From Minisyncoccia bacterium (GTDB lineage Bacteria > Patescibacteriota > Minisyncoccia > Phycocordibacterales > Zambryskibacteraceae), in contig JBBQUO010000003.1 of the NCBI GenBank assembly GCA_038212375.1, positions 1 through 45,036 of the forward strand: a stretch of 45,036 nt of DNA, given 5' to 3'. A model generated the notes under the pieces. It was given only the letters and a program-made list of their open reading frames with translations, did no database searches and was not told the origin of the DNA. Positions 34,794 to 45,036 of the stretch are shown here, piece by piece; the stretch's first letter is position 1, and each line of letters opens with the position of its first letter. A program made the translations under genes and the position numbers.

Positions 34794-37588
34794 TACAGTT
34801 TCGGTGCTTCTTTTGCAGGTTCTTTCATTGTGAGGAATTTATCCATTACAGTCTTCTCCACCTCTGCTCGGTCTCTCCCATAGGTCATGTAGGAAAGATC
34901 TTTGAGCGTCTCGATGATTTCTTTATTACCAACTGGAGGCGGCATCGCCGTAATATTAAATGGCTTGACCGGACTACCATGTGAGAGCATTTTGATATAG
35001 GCATTTCTATTGTCGATGGTAGCAAGATCCTTTGCGGTAAATGTAGGGAGAAATTGCTTTTCGAGAAATGTAGCATCTTCTGCTCCTACACGATAGACAG
35101 CCATAGATCCTACGTTCCCAAACACTGCATCACGGATTTTTTCTTCAATCTGTCCGATGAACTGATGAGCGATAGTGAGAGATAGCTTATACTTTCGAGC
35201 TTCAGAAAGAATGGTTGAAATAGAATCCGTAGTGACATTTTGGAACTCGTCAATATAGAGATAAAACGGAGGAAAATCTTTATCAATGGAATCCACGCGC
35301 GATAGTGCGGCCATCAGAATTTTCCCCACCACAATGAGACCAATAAGGTTTGCATTGATGTCACCGAGACGTCCCTTTGAAAGATTGAGGAGGAGAATCT
35401 TTTTGTTGTCCATAATCTCACGGAAATTAATGACTGATTTTTCTTGGCCGATAATAGGACGCATGATGTCGTTTGAAAGGAAGATATCAAATTTACTCGT
35501 AATATACGGAACGATATTTGCAAGAGAAGCCTCACCTTGAGCCTTGTCTGCAACCTCTTTCCAGAATTGGACTACGATTGGATTCTTACACTTTGCCAGC
35601 TTCAATTCTCGAAACGCTTTATTTGAAAGAACCCGAGATACTTCCACAAGAGTATTTCCAGATTCCGGATCATCGATCACGAGCATCGTCGCATTACGGA
35701 AGTACTGTTCAAACATAGGACCTCCTGCAGTCTTCATATCAAAAAGCTTGTTAAATATCGAAAGCATTTCGTTTACGACGAAAGTCTTTTGCTCAGGGAA
35801 TCGTACATCGTACTCGAGCATGTTGAGAGCCATTGGACGCGCGGTATATCCGGGATCAAAATAGATCACATCCTTATAACGCTCTGGTGGAATATTGGCC
35901 AAGATATCTTGGATGTCAGATCCGTGCGGATCGATAAAACAAACCCCTTCACCGTTCTTGATATCCTGCACAATCATATTTTTTAGCAGCGTCGTTTTAC
36001 CAGTACCCGTTTGTCCGATTACATACAAATGCCTCAAACGATCCTCTGGAGACATATGAATCTCGGTATCAGTATTTCGATCGGTGTTTATTCCGAGCAA
36101 AACACCTTCTTTCGGAAGCCCTGTTGGTGCGGGCGCACTACCAGATTTTGCGACTTTCAAATGCGGTGCAGAGCGAATGACATTTGCTGGGAAATGGATC
36201 ACGGTCGAAAGCTCATGAATATTAAGAACTACTGGGTTATCTGAAGAAAACAGCCTAAACGTAAAATTATACAAAAAAGACTTTAAGTTCTTTCCAGTTG
36301 GTCTAGTGAATGTAAAGCTGTTGCCTTTGGTATTCGTAAACTGATTGAGGGTTGCCTCAATATCAGAAAGTATTTGTTCAGATTTCACTTCATTTTCAGC
36401 AGAAACAACAATACGAATATTGGTTGCAACACTCGGTGACAGAGCCTTTTGTTTGAGCGTATCGAGAAGAGCTTGATCAAGTTTTTCTGCTCGTTCTTTC
36501 TTACTAGCTTCTGCTCGATCTTTGCTTTCTTGCGAAGAGATGAGAGCATCCACTCCCTTAAAGAGTGAGCTTACGTATTTTGCGACACCCTCTGCATGAT
36601 TATGTACCGCGGTTCCAACACTCTCCCCTTTTACAACATCAGCGATAATCTTTTCAAATCGCTTGGTCTGCTTGGTACCTTGAGGTTTACACACAAGCTG
36701 TATAGAAGCTCCCTCTCCAATTGTTTTAATATTAGAGAAACCGTTGAGAATTAAGTTGAGAGGATCAAGGTCGAACTGCTCATAGGTTTTGATGGGGTAC
36801 ACATCTTCTTTTTCGAGCCTTACCTCTGATGCGAGCGTCACACCCTCTTTGTTAAAAATATTATAATCGTCTTTCTTTTCAGTAATTTTTGCATTATGAA
36901 ATACCGAAAGAAGCATCTTTTCGAATAGCTGTTTTTTAGAATCTTGAACTGCAAGATAAAATACAAAATCGTCTCCAGCATTTGAAACTGAAAGCTCAAT
37001 CGTAAAATACCCCGCCCCATCCTTTTCATCAACCGAAAGCATTCCGGAGTAAAACTGTTCCATGGAAGCGAGCACTTCTTTTAATGGTCTTTCTTGGCCG
37101 TTCTCGATTTTCTCAGGGAGCGTTACTTCAAATAGTGTCATGTTGAGAGCGCGGAATTCTGCAGTCTTTTCAAATGTATCACCAAGCGGATATCCTGCCT
37201 TGAGGTACTGTACAAGGAAACGATCGAAGTCATCAAGTAAATGAGGGTCATCCATTTCCCCTACGACACTGAGTGCATTTTTTACTCCGTGTTCATGCAC
37301 AATGGCGATGAGTTTTGATATCTGTTCATCATGCTCCTCTGGAGCAAGATCGAGCTTTAAGGATTGTATTTCTGTTTCAGGAAGCTGGTATGTACTCGCG
37401 AGCACTCGCTCAGGCGCAACCTGTTTGTATGCTAAAAGAGGATCTTGCATCATTGCATCAGGATTTCTTGCTTGTTTCAATCCTGCAATTTCTTGTTCTT
37501 TACTTGCAAGAAGCTCACGTAAGTAATCGCGCTCTTCTTCAGGAGTACGGAGTTGCTTTTGTTCAATTGGAGTAGGAACGTATTCCAT
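34793..37588 (-). CDS. VirD4/TraD/TrwB-like (DUF87-type) P-loop ATPase
   Basis: RHLYVIGQTGTGKT (Walker A), FIDPHG, LYIDEFQN (Walker B), SEARKY, AHQ. Confidence 0.85.
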   Translation of the reverse strand: MEYVPTPIEQKQLRTPEEERDYLRELLASKEQEIAGLKQARNPDAMMQDPLLAYKQVAPERVLASTYQLPETEIQSLKLDLAPEEHDEQISKLIAIVHEHGVKNALSVVGEMDDPHLLDDFDRFLVQYLKAGYPLGDTFEKTAEFRALNMTLFEVTLPEKIENGQERPLKEVLASMEQFYSGMLSVDEKDGAGYFTIELSVSNAGDDFVFYLAVQDSKKQLFEKMLLSVFHNAKITEKKDDYNIFNKEGVTLASEVRLEKEDVYPIKTYEQFDLDPLNLILNGFSNIKTIGEGASIQLVCKPQGTKQTKRFEKIIADVVKGESVGTAVHNHAEGVAKYVSSLFKGVDALISSQESKDRAEASKKERAEKLDQALLDTLKQKALSPSVATNIRIVVSAENEVKSEQILSDIEATLNQFTNTKGNSFTFTRPTGKNLKSFLYNFTFRLFSSDNPVVLNIHELSTVIHFPANVIRSAPHLKVAKSGSAPAPTGLPKEGVLLGINTDRNTDTEIHMSPEDRLRHLYVIGQTGTGKTTLLKNMIVQDIKNGEGVCFIDPHGSDIQDILANIPPERYKDVIYFDPGYTARPMALNMLEYDVRFPEQKTFVVNEMLSIFNKLFDMKTAGGPMFEQYFRNATMLVIDDPESGNTLVEVSRVLSNKAFRELKLAKCKNPIVVQFWKEVADKAQGEASLANIVPYITSKFDIFLSNDIMRPIIGQEKSVINFREIMDNKKILLLNLSKGRLGDINANLIGLIVVGKILMAALSRVDSIDKDFPPFYLYIDEFQNVTTDSISTILSEARKYKLSLTIAHQFIGQIEEKIRDAVFGNVGSMAVYRVGAEDATFLEKQFLPTFTAKDLATIDNRNAYIKMLSHGSPVKPFNITAMPPPVGNKEIIETLKDLSYMTYGRDRAEVEKTVMDKFLTMKEPAKEAPKL

Positions 37589-37656
37589 GGCTACTTACAG
37601 GATACCACAGCAGAACTTATGAAAGAGATTCCGTAGTGAATAAGGAACGCACACAT

Positions 37657-38016
37657 TTACTGTGCAGGAAGATTGCTTCTTCCAATATCATCCACGAGAG
37701 ATTCAATGTGCGAAATAAGTTCGCTGTCATGTTCTTGATATGCAGCAATTCGAGAGTTTTCAAGCTCCTCCAACGCTTCCTCTTTAAAACCAGCTTCAAA
37801 GTATATACGGGCGAGCTCTACAGAACATTCAATATTTGCAAGACTATTATTTGCTTCATTAGCCTTCCCTTCTTGCTCATCTACAAACTTTAAAAATGTT
37901 TCTTTTGCCTCAATATCTCCACCTCGAAAAGCTCTAAAAGCCTCAACAGCTTCTTGTCTTGATACCTCTCCCTCAGGAGATGGTGATCCTTCAAATGATG
38001 GGACATCGAAATTCAT
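37657..38016 (-). CDS. acidic helical hypothetical protein (TPR-like)
   Basis: ELARIYFEAGFKEEALEELE resembles a TPR helix pair. Confidence 0.55.
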   Translation of the reverse strand: MNFDVPSFEGSPSPEGEVSRQEAVEAFRAFRGGDIEAKETFLKFVDEQEGKANEANNSLANIECSVELARIYFEAGFKEEALEELENSRIAAYQEHDSELISHIESLVDDIGRSNLPAQ

Positions 38017-38030
38017 AGCCCTATCATACC

Positions 38031-38450
38031 TTATATCGATACAAAGTGTGGCAAAAGAGGAGTAATCAGATCTTTAAAGAGGTATACAATAAAAATACAG
38101 AACAAAAGGATAACAAGACTTTGTGGTGAGTCATATATTCCCCAATGAGCGTCTTCTTCAGAAAACAGCCACTTCTCTGTTCCAAAGAGCGGAAGCTCAT
38201 CGACAAAGAGTCCGACCCCGACAGCGAAAACCGTAAGACTTGAAAAAAGAAAAGAAAGCCCTATCAAAATAAGACCGTATATATAGTGATGCACGTGTGC
38301 ACCTCGAACCTTAGGGCTTACGATTCGCTTTCGTGGGAGAAGACACAAACGAGTGATAATGATCGTGATCAAAAATACTGCAAAAAAGTAGCTGCTATTA
38401 TGCAGACTGTTGAGATAATCGAGATATGGTTGAACTTGTCCTTCTGACAT
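38031..38450 (-). CDS. hypothetical membrane protein
   Basis: Hydrophobic helices with HVHHYIYG and GVGLFVDE motifs. Confidence 0.65.
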   Translation of the reverse strand: MSEGQVQPYLDYLNSLHNSSYFFAVFLITIIITRLCLLPRKRIVSPKVRGAHVHHYIYGLILIGLSFLFSSLTVFAVGVGLFVDELPLFGTEKWLFSEEDAHWGIYDSPQSLVILLFCIFIVYLFKDLITPLLPHFVSI

Positions 38451-38480
38451 AAACTTACTGTATCACAATACGATAACAGA

Positions 38481-39035
38481 TTATTCTCCATCAAGTATTC
38501 CCCAGAGGTGAAGTGAAAGTTCTGTGTGACTTCCGTCGTGAGGCTTGGCCAGTCTGCGCATCGTCCGTTCAGACGGCATACTCCTCAGATTAAAAGCTTT
38601 TTGAAAACCTTTGCGAATAGCGAGATCTCCGACTGGCAAAATGTTTGGTCGGTTCAGCGCAAACATGAGAAACATATCTGCAGTCCAGCTCCCAATACCT
38701 TTTACTTGGATAAGGTGCTCCTTGATATCTGTATCGCTCATATTAGGGAACTTCCGAGGACTGAGCGTCTTATCTTCAAATTTCAGCGCAAGATCGCGGA
38801 GATACGATATCTTTTGTGGAGAGACTCCTGCGTTTTTAAAATTGGCATCAGAAAATGTTAGGAGCTTTTTAGGACTTGGTTTTGCTTTTCCAAAAAGCTT
38901 AGAAAATTTTTCGTAAATCGAATTCCCCGCTTTCGTAGAAATCTGTTGGTAGATAATAGACCTTGCGAGTGAAAGGAAGGGATTTGTAGTTGGAGAAAGT
39001 TTCCGAAGTTTTTTGCGATTGATTTTGAGTTTCAT
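38481..39035 (-). CDS. DNA-3-methyladenine glycosylase II (AlkA/HhH-GPD)
   Basis: SIIYQQIS, VKGIGSWTADMFLMF, LPVGDLAIR. Confidence 0.9.
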   Translation of the reverse strand: MKLKINRKKLRKLSPTTNPFLSLARSIIYQQISTKAGNSIYEKFSKLFGKAKPSPKKLLTFSDANFKNAGVSPQKISYLRDLALKFEDKTLSPRKFPNMSDTDIKEHLIQVKGIGSWTADMFLMFALNRPNILPVGDLAIRKGFQKAFNLRSMPSERTMRRLAKPHDGSHTELSLHLWGILDGE

Positions 39036-39045
39036 AGTTAAACCT

Positions 39046-39467
39046 TTACTCTTTTTGAAGGGCGTTAATTTTATCTCTTAGTATCAAAATTATATCTTCT
39101 ACAATATCTGCTGTGTCAGCATCTTCGTTTGGTACTTCCCAATATTCATAATCATAACTCATGAGCCATGGTAGGATAGATTCTTTTTCTGCCATGACTA
39201 TTATTTTGGATACACCTTCTAAGTTTTTCAAATGAAGCTGCTTGCAAAATTCCCCGGATATATCCATACCATGCTTTTTCATAGTTTCCATTAAAACAGA
39301 TAATTGTGAAAAATCACTGAGTTTTTTCCCCTCATAACCTAACTTAGCTACGGAAACTCCGTAGCTCTCTGCTATAAAGCTATCTTTTGCCAAAGTATTA
39401 TATATAGCTTTTGCAATTTGACTGCGAAACATATTTCCATTACAGATAAAATAACTTTCTTATGCAT
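39046..39467 (-). pseudogene. LMW-PTP/ArsC-like gene with 1-nt frameshift before the P-loop
   Basis: ATG CAT AAG AAA GTT ATT TT|ATC TGT AAT GGA AAT ATG TTT CGC AGT. One extra T restores MHKKVIFICNGNMFRSQ (CX5R). Confidence 0.7.
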
Positions 39468-39492
39468 TATTTTCTTGATTAAAATTTTTCTG

Positions 39493-39996
39493 TCATTGAA
39501 AATAATCTTCACTATATGATGGGAAACCTCTTTGCTTTAAACCCGCATTTAAGTTTTTTAAAACTCTTGCATTTTTTGATTGGTCTACTTTTTCAATAAG
39601 TTCTTCTGGTATCTGCTCTCCTTGTATATACAGAAGAGTCCCTTGTATATAAGCCTCCCAAGCTTCTTGACCTTGAGAATTCTCTAATGCCTTTTTGAAG
39701 TGCTCTATGGCTTTTTTTGGATTTTCTGTTGCTTCCCGTTGAGCCACGTGAAATTCAGTAAAACTCAGAAATGACTGATATCTGTCTTTATGTTCAGGAT
39801 GATCATCAATATATGCAACGATTTCTTTATCATATAAAAATACTAAATTTCCTTCAGAACCTTCGCGCGAAAGATCTGCTTGATCTATTTCAAGGAGCCT
39901 GTCTCGAATTTCTTCTAATGAAATTGATCCGTCCAATAAACTGCGCTTTAGATCATTATAAGAACTTCCTCCATTTTCAATAGAAATTTTTTCCAT
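39493..39996 (-). CDS. hypothetical protein (helical, TPR-like)
   Basis: 167-aa ORF, AT-rich, AIEHFKKALE. Confidence 0.6.
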   Translation of the reverse strand: MEKISIENGGSSYNDLKRSLLDGSISLEEIRDRLLEIDQADLSREGSEGNLVFLYDKEIVAYIDDHPEHKDRYQSFLSFTEFHVAQREATENPKKAIEHFKKALENSQGQEAWEAYIQGTLLYIQGEQIPEELIEKVDQSKNARVLKNLNAGLKQRGFPSYSEDYFQ

Positions 39997-40039
39997 AATG
40001 ATAACTATATTAAGATGTAAGACATTTTATTCCCATTCA

Positions 40040-40127
40040 TGGCGGAGGAGACAGGATTCGAACCTGCGGTACCTTGCGGTACACCCGCTTTCCAAGCGAG
40101 CGCATTCGACCGCTCTGCCACTCCTCC
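40040..40127 (-). tRNA. tRNA-Ser(GGA), CCA encoded
   Basis: GGAGGAG/CTCCTCC acceptor, TT-GGA-AA anticodon loop, long variable arm GTACC-GCAA-GGTAC, TTCGAAT. Confidence 0.96.
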
Positions 40128-40166
40128 GCCATACATAGGAGAATTTAGATATTACAATTCTAAATC

Positions 40167-40844
40167 TTAATTGGAAAGCTCTGAATATCTCAGCACCTTA
40201 TTTCTTCCATTCCCTTTTGCTTCATAGAGTGCCTTGTCAGCCCTCGCAAGTGTCTGCTCACCAGTTTCTCCTTCTTCAATATTCGCAACTCCAATACTGA
40301 CAGTGATTGTACGGTCGCCAAGCTCAGCAAAAGAAAGACTTTCAATATGCTCCCTGATTTCCTCCGCTTTTGCTTCCGCTTCTATTTCATTTGCACCATA
40401 GAGAAGCGCTGCCATTTCTTCGCCGCCCCAGCGTGCCACTACATCATTACCTCTTACTTTATCTGTAATGGCTTTTGCTACTGCGGAAAGTACGATGTCC
40501 CCTGCTTCGTGACCAAAGGTATCGTTTACAGATTTGAAGTGATCGATATCGATAAACAACACACTTGAGTGACGATACCCTTCTTTTCTTTGCTCGCTTG
40601 CATGGCTCTCTTGAGATGCAGTATACGTTTCGAGTTCTGTTTGTAAAAATGCTCTTGTTTTAAGTCCCGTCAAACTATCATGAATAAGATCGCGTTCAAG
40701 AGTCTTTGTTTTTTCGAGCAGAGCCTTTGTAAAATCGAGAAGTTCCTCGTGAGTCATAGCCTCAAGATCAATCTCTGCTTCACGAGATTGCCCCTCTTTA
40801 CTGGTCACATCGGTTTTATCAAATTTAGGTATTTCTTCTTTCAT
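40167..40844 (-). CDS. GGDEF-domain diguanylate cyclase
   Basis: DSLTGL, DIDHFKSVNDTFGH, RGND I-site (RxxD), RWGGEEM, AD.ALY.AK..GRN. Confidence 0.9.
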   Translation of the reverse strand: MKEEIPKFDKTDVTSKEGQSREAEIDLEAMTHEELLDFTKALLEKTKTLERDLIHDSLTGLKTRAFLQTELETYTASQESHASEQRKEGYRHSSVLFIDIDHFKSVNDTFGHEAGDIVLSAVAKAITDKVRGNDVVARWGGEEMAALLYGANEIEAEAKAEEIREHIESLSFAELGDRTITVSIGVANIEEGETGEQTLARADKALYEAKGNGRNKVLRYSELSN

Positions 40845-40872
40845 ACAATTCTATCTAATTAATCGTAATCTC

Positions 40873-41784
40873 TTATTCACTTTTTTCTCCCGTTCCCAAA
40901 AGCGCCTTGATTCTGTCCGCAGTCGGAGGATGTGTCATAAACAGATTGGTAATAAAATTCTTTGCTTTTCCTTCAGGACCAAATGGGTTAGCAATGAAGA
41001 GGTGTGAAGTCGTCGAGTTTGCAGTTGCCATTGGTGCACTTACCGCACTTATTTTCCGAAGTGCACTCGCAAGACCTTCAGGATATCGAGTGAGGAGCAC
41101 TCCATCAGCATCTGCAAGAAATTCTCGCTTTCGAGAAATTGCGAGTTGGATGAGTGTCGCAGATATTGGTGCAAGAATAGCAAAAATAATTCCTAGTACC
41201 ATAATAAAAATCCCACCATCACCATCTCGTCTTCGTCCACCACCCCACATCATAGAACGTAAAAACATGTGAGACAAAATTGAAATGAATCCAGCGAGTA
41301 CCACTACAGTTGTCGAAAGCAGAATATCTCTATTTCCAATATGCGAAATCTCGTGAGCGATGACACCCTCAAGCTCCTGACGATTCAAAAGAGGTAAAAG
41401 CCCTGTGGTAACACACACAACAGCATGATCTTTATCTCTCCCTGTTGCGAATGCGTTGGGAGCAGGATCATCCACAACATAGAGCTTCGGCATTGGAAGT
41501 CCTGCTGCGATGCTCATATTTTCAGTCACTGTATACAAATCAAAATTTTGCTCACGGTTTGCAGGGCGAGCGTTGTGCATCTTCAAAACAATAGTGTCTG
41601 AATACCAATAGCTCGCGATGTTGAGCCCAACAGAAAAGATAATGGCACATATCAAGATGGCAGTGTTCTGGTAAAGATATGCAAAGAAATATCCGATCAG
41701 AATAATCATGATAAAAAACACGGTCATCAGGAACCATGTTTTTCGAATATTTTTTCCTTGTTCGGTATAAATATTTTGACCCAT
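40873..41784 (-). CDS. htpX: zinc metalloprotease HtpX (M48)
   Basis: PNAFATG, HEISH (HExxH), SRKREFLAD, THPP. Confidence 0.93.
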   Translation of the reverse strand: MGQNIYTEQGKNIRKTWFLMTVFFIMIILIGYFFAYLYQNTAILICAIIFSVGLNIASYWYSDTIVLKMHNARPANREQNFDLYTVTENMSIAAGLPMPKLYVVDDPAPNAFATGRDKDHAVVCVTTGLLPLLNRQELEGVIAHEISHIGNRDILLSTTVVVLAGFISILSHMFLRSMMWGGGRRRDGDGGIFIMVLGIIFAILAPISATLIQLAISRKREFLADADGVLLTRYPEGLASALRKISAVSAPMATANSTTSHLFIANPFGPEGKAKNFITNLFMTHPPTADRIKALLGTGEKSE

Positions 41785-41786
41785 AC

Positions 41787-42237
41787 TTATTTCATTATCA
41801 CGAGAGTTTTTGCTACCAGATCATGTAAACCTTGTTTCTTTTCAGTGAAGCCAACCATTAAAAATCCAATTCCAAATGTAATACACGAAAGAATTTTTGC
41901 AAAGTGCCTTCCTGTTGCATGAGCAAAAGAAATCCTACTCCCTGCATAATCGGTAACTCATACCAAGAATTTGTTTGCCCAGCGTTGCTTGAGCAACAGA
42001 ACTTTCCATATACGCGAAGTAGAGCCATGATACAAAAGCCTGTACGAGTCCTTGTTGATGTGTGTAACTAGATGAACCAAATATAAATGCGATGAAACCA
42101 GCTACAGTACCCACAACCAAACCATCGATAATAGCAGCGAGTACTCGCTTCCAAAAACCCGAGTATTGAATCTGCGCATTACCCTGTTCTAAAGTTGACT
42201 GAGGTGTAACGACAGTTATTGGTTGTGTTTGTTCCAT
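41787..42237 (-). pseudogene. RDD family membrane protein with frameshift near 41958
   Basis: YSGFWKRVLAAIID...QATLGKQILGM, then in another frame VTDYAGSRISFAHATGR...KKQGLHDLVAKTLVIMK*. Confidence 0.8.
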
Positions 42238-42255
42238 TGCAATTAATATTAAAGG

Positions 42256-42813
42256 TTAAAACTTTACTTCTACTGCATTTCTTTCAACTGCAGAATCGCC
42301 GAGTTCAAAGAATTCCATTTTAGAGAAGTGAAACATCGAAGCGATCATAGACCCTGGGAAGGACTCAAGTCCGATATTGAGATCACGAACATTACCATTG
42401 TAGAAACGGCGTGCAGATTGGATCTTGTCTTCTGTATCTGAGAGTTCTTGCTGAAGAGAGAGGAAATTTTGATTTGCCTTTAAATCTGGATATGCTTCTG
42501 CAATAGCAAATACAGATTTGAGCGCTCCAGTGAGCATATTTTCTGCCTTACCCTTTTCGTCTACTGTTTGAGCACCCATCGCCATACTTCGAGCTTTGGT
42601 TACATTTTCGAAAGCAGTAGATTCATGAGTTGCGTATCCTTTTACGGTATTAACGAGATTTGGAATGAGATCATATCTCCGCTTGAGCTGTATATCAATA
42701 TCTGCAAGAGCTTCTTTTGTTCGGTTCACGAGACGAACAAAACTATTGTATGCAACAATAATCCAAACGACGAACAGAACAATAATGGCAAGTAAGATGG
42801 TCATAAATGACAT
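42256..42813 (-). CDS. lemA: LemA family protein
   Basis: YNSFV, QLKRRYDLIPNLV, EAYPDLKAN, RRFYN. Likely start at 42813. Confidence 0.93.
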   Translation of the reverse strand: MSFMTILLAIIVLFVVWIIVAYNSFVRLVNRTKEALADIDIQLKRRYDLIPNLVNTVKGYATHESTAFENVTKARSMAMGAQTVDEKGKAENMLTGALKSVFAIAEAYPDLKANQNFLSLQQELSDTEDKIQSARRFYNGNVRDLNIGLESFPGSMIASMFHFSKMEFFELGDSAVERNAVEVKF

Positions 42814-42859
42814 GAAATTGATGGGAGTTAAAAAGTAAAAATACACTACTGTCAGTATT

Positions 42860-42905
42860 ATACCACAAAACCCCCGCCGATATATCGGCGGGGGCTTTGT
42901 GGTAT
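42860..42905 (-). terminator. long palindrome/terminator after groEL
   Basis: ATACCACAAA-A-CCCCCGCCGATA/TATCGGCGGGGG-C-TTTGTGGTAT; the single mismatch is G-U on the minus strand. Confidence 0.75.
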
Positions 42906-42918
42906 TCGTCATTCATCA

Positions 42919-44951
<2,033 letters not shown>

Positions 44952-45012
44952 GTATCTATGTATTAAATCTAGTAATAGGCCTTCATTATATACAAAATTC
45001 AAAAAAGAAAAG

Positions 45013-45036
45013 GGGTTCCGTATCGATACGGAACCC
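45013..45036. terminator. perfect 24-bp palindrome at the window edge, probable terminator of an upstream minus-strand gene
   Basis: GGGTTCCGTATC/GATACGGAACCC next to an A-rich run (T tract on minus). Confidence 0.55.

Overview
Chromosomal segment of a small-genome bacterium, most consistent with Patescibacteria/CPR (Parcubacteria-like). This placement is an inference from the shortened PheS/PheT/EF-Ts, split transketolase, lone VirD4/TraD-like ATPase, RRM protein and near absence of Shine-Dalgarno motifs. The standard genetic code is used (TGA = stop). Almost all genes are on the minus strand. Translation and housekeeping genes: gyrB, pheST, tRNA-Thr(UGU), tsf-rpsB-prfA-rpmE, rplY, tRNA-Ser(GGA), htpX, lemA, groEL-groES. 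Metabolic and cell-surface genes: a GH1/DMT/GH/GT2 glycan cluster, a lytic transglycosylase, a glycolysis/pentose-phosphate cluster, class I RNR (nrdAB) and a GGDEF protein. Two observations stand out: (1) a complete NlpC/P60 cysteine-hydrolase domain with an intact Cys-His-His triad inserted inside domain B5 of the PheRS beta subunit; (2) an unannotated, heavily base-paired transcription unit of about 400 nt with its own promoter and terminator at 16094-16500, which matches no RNA family I recognise. Also notable: a class Ic (Mn/Fe-type) NrdB, heptamer repeats both after stop codons and inside core genes, many apparently leaderless genes, and three disrupted accessory genes that the ORF track misses or truncates.
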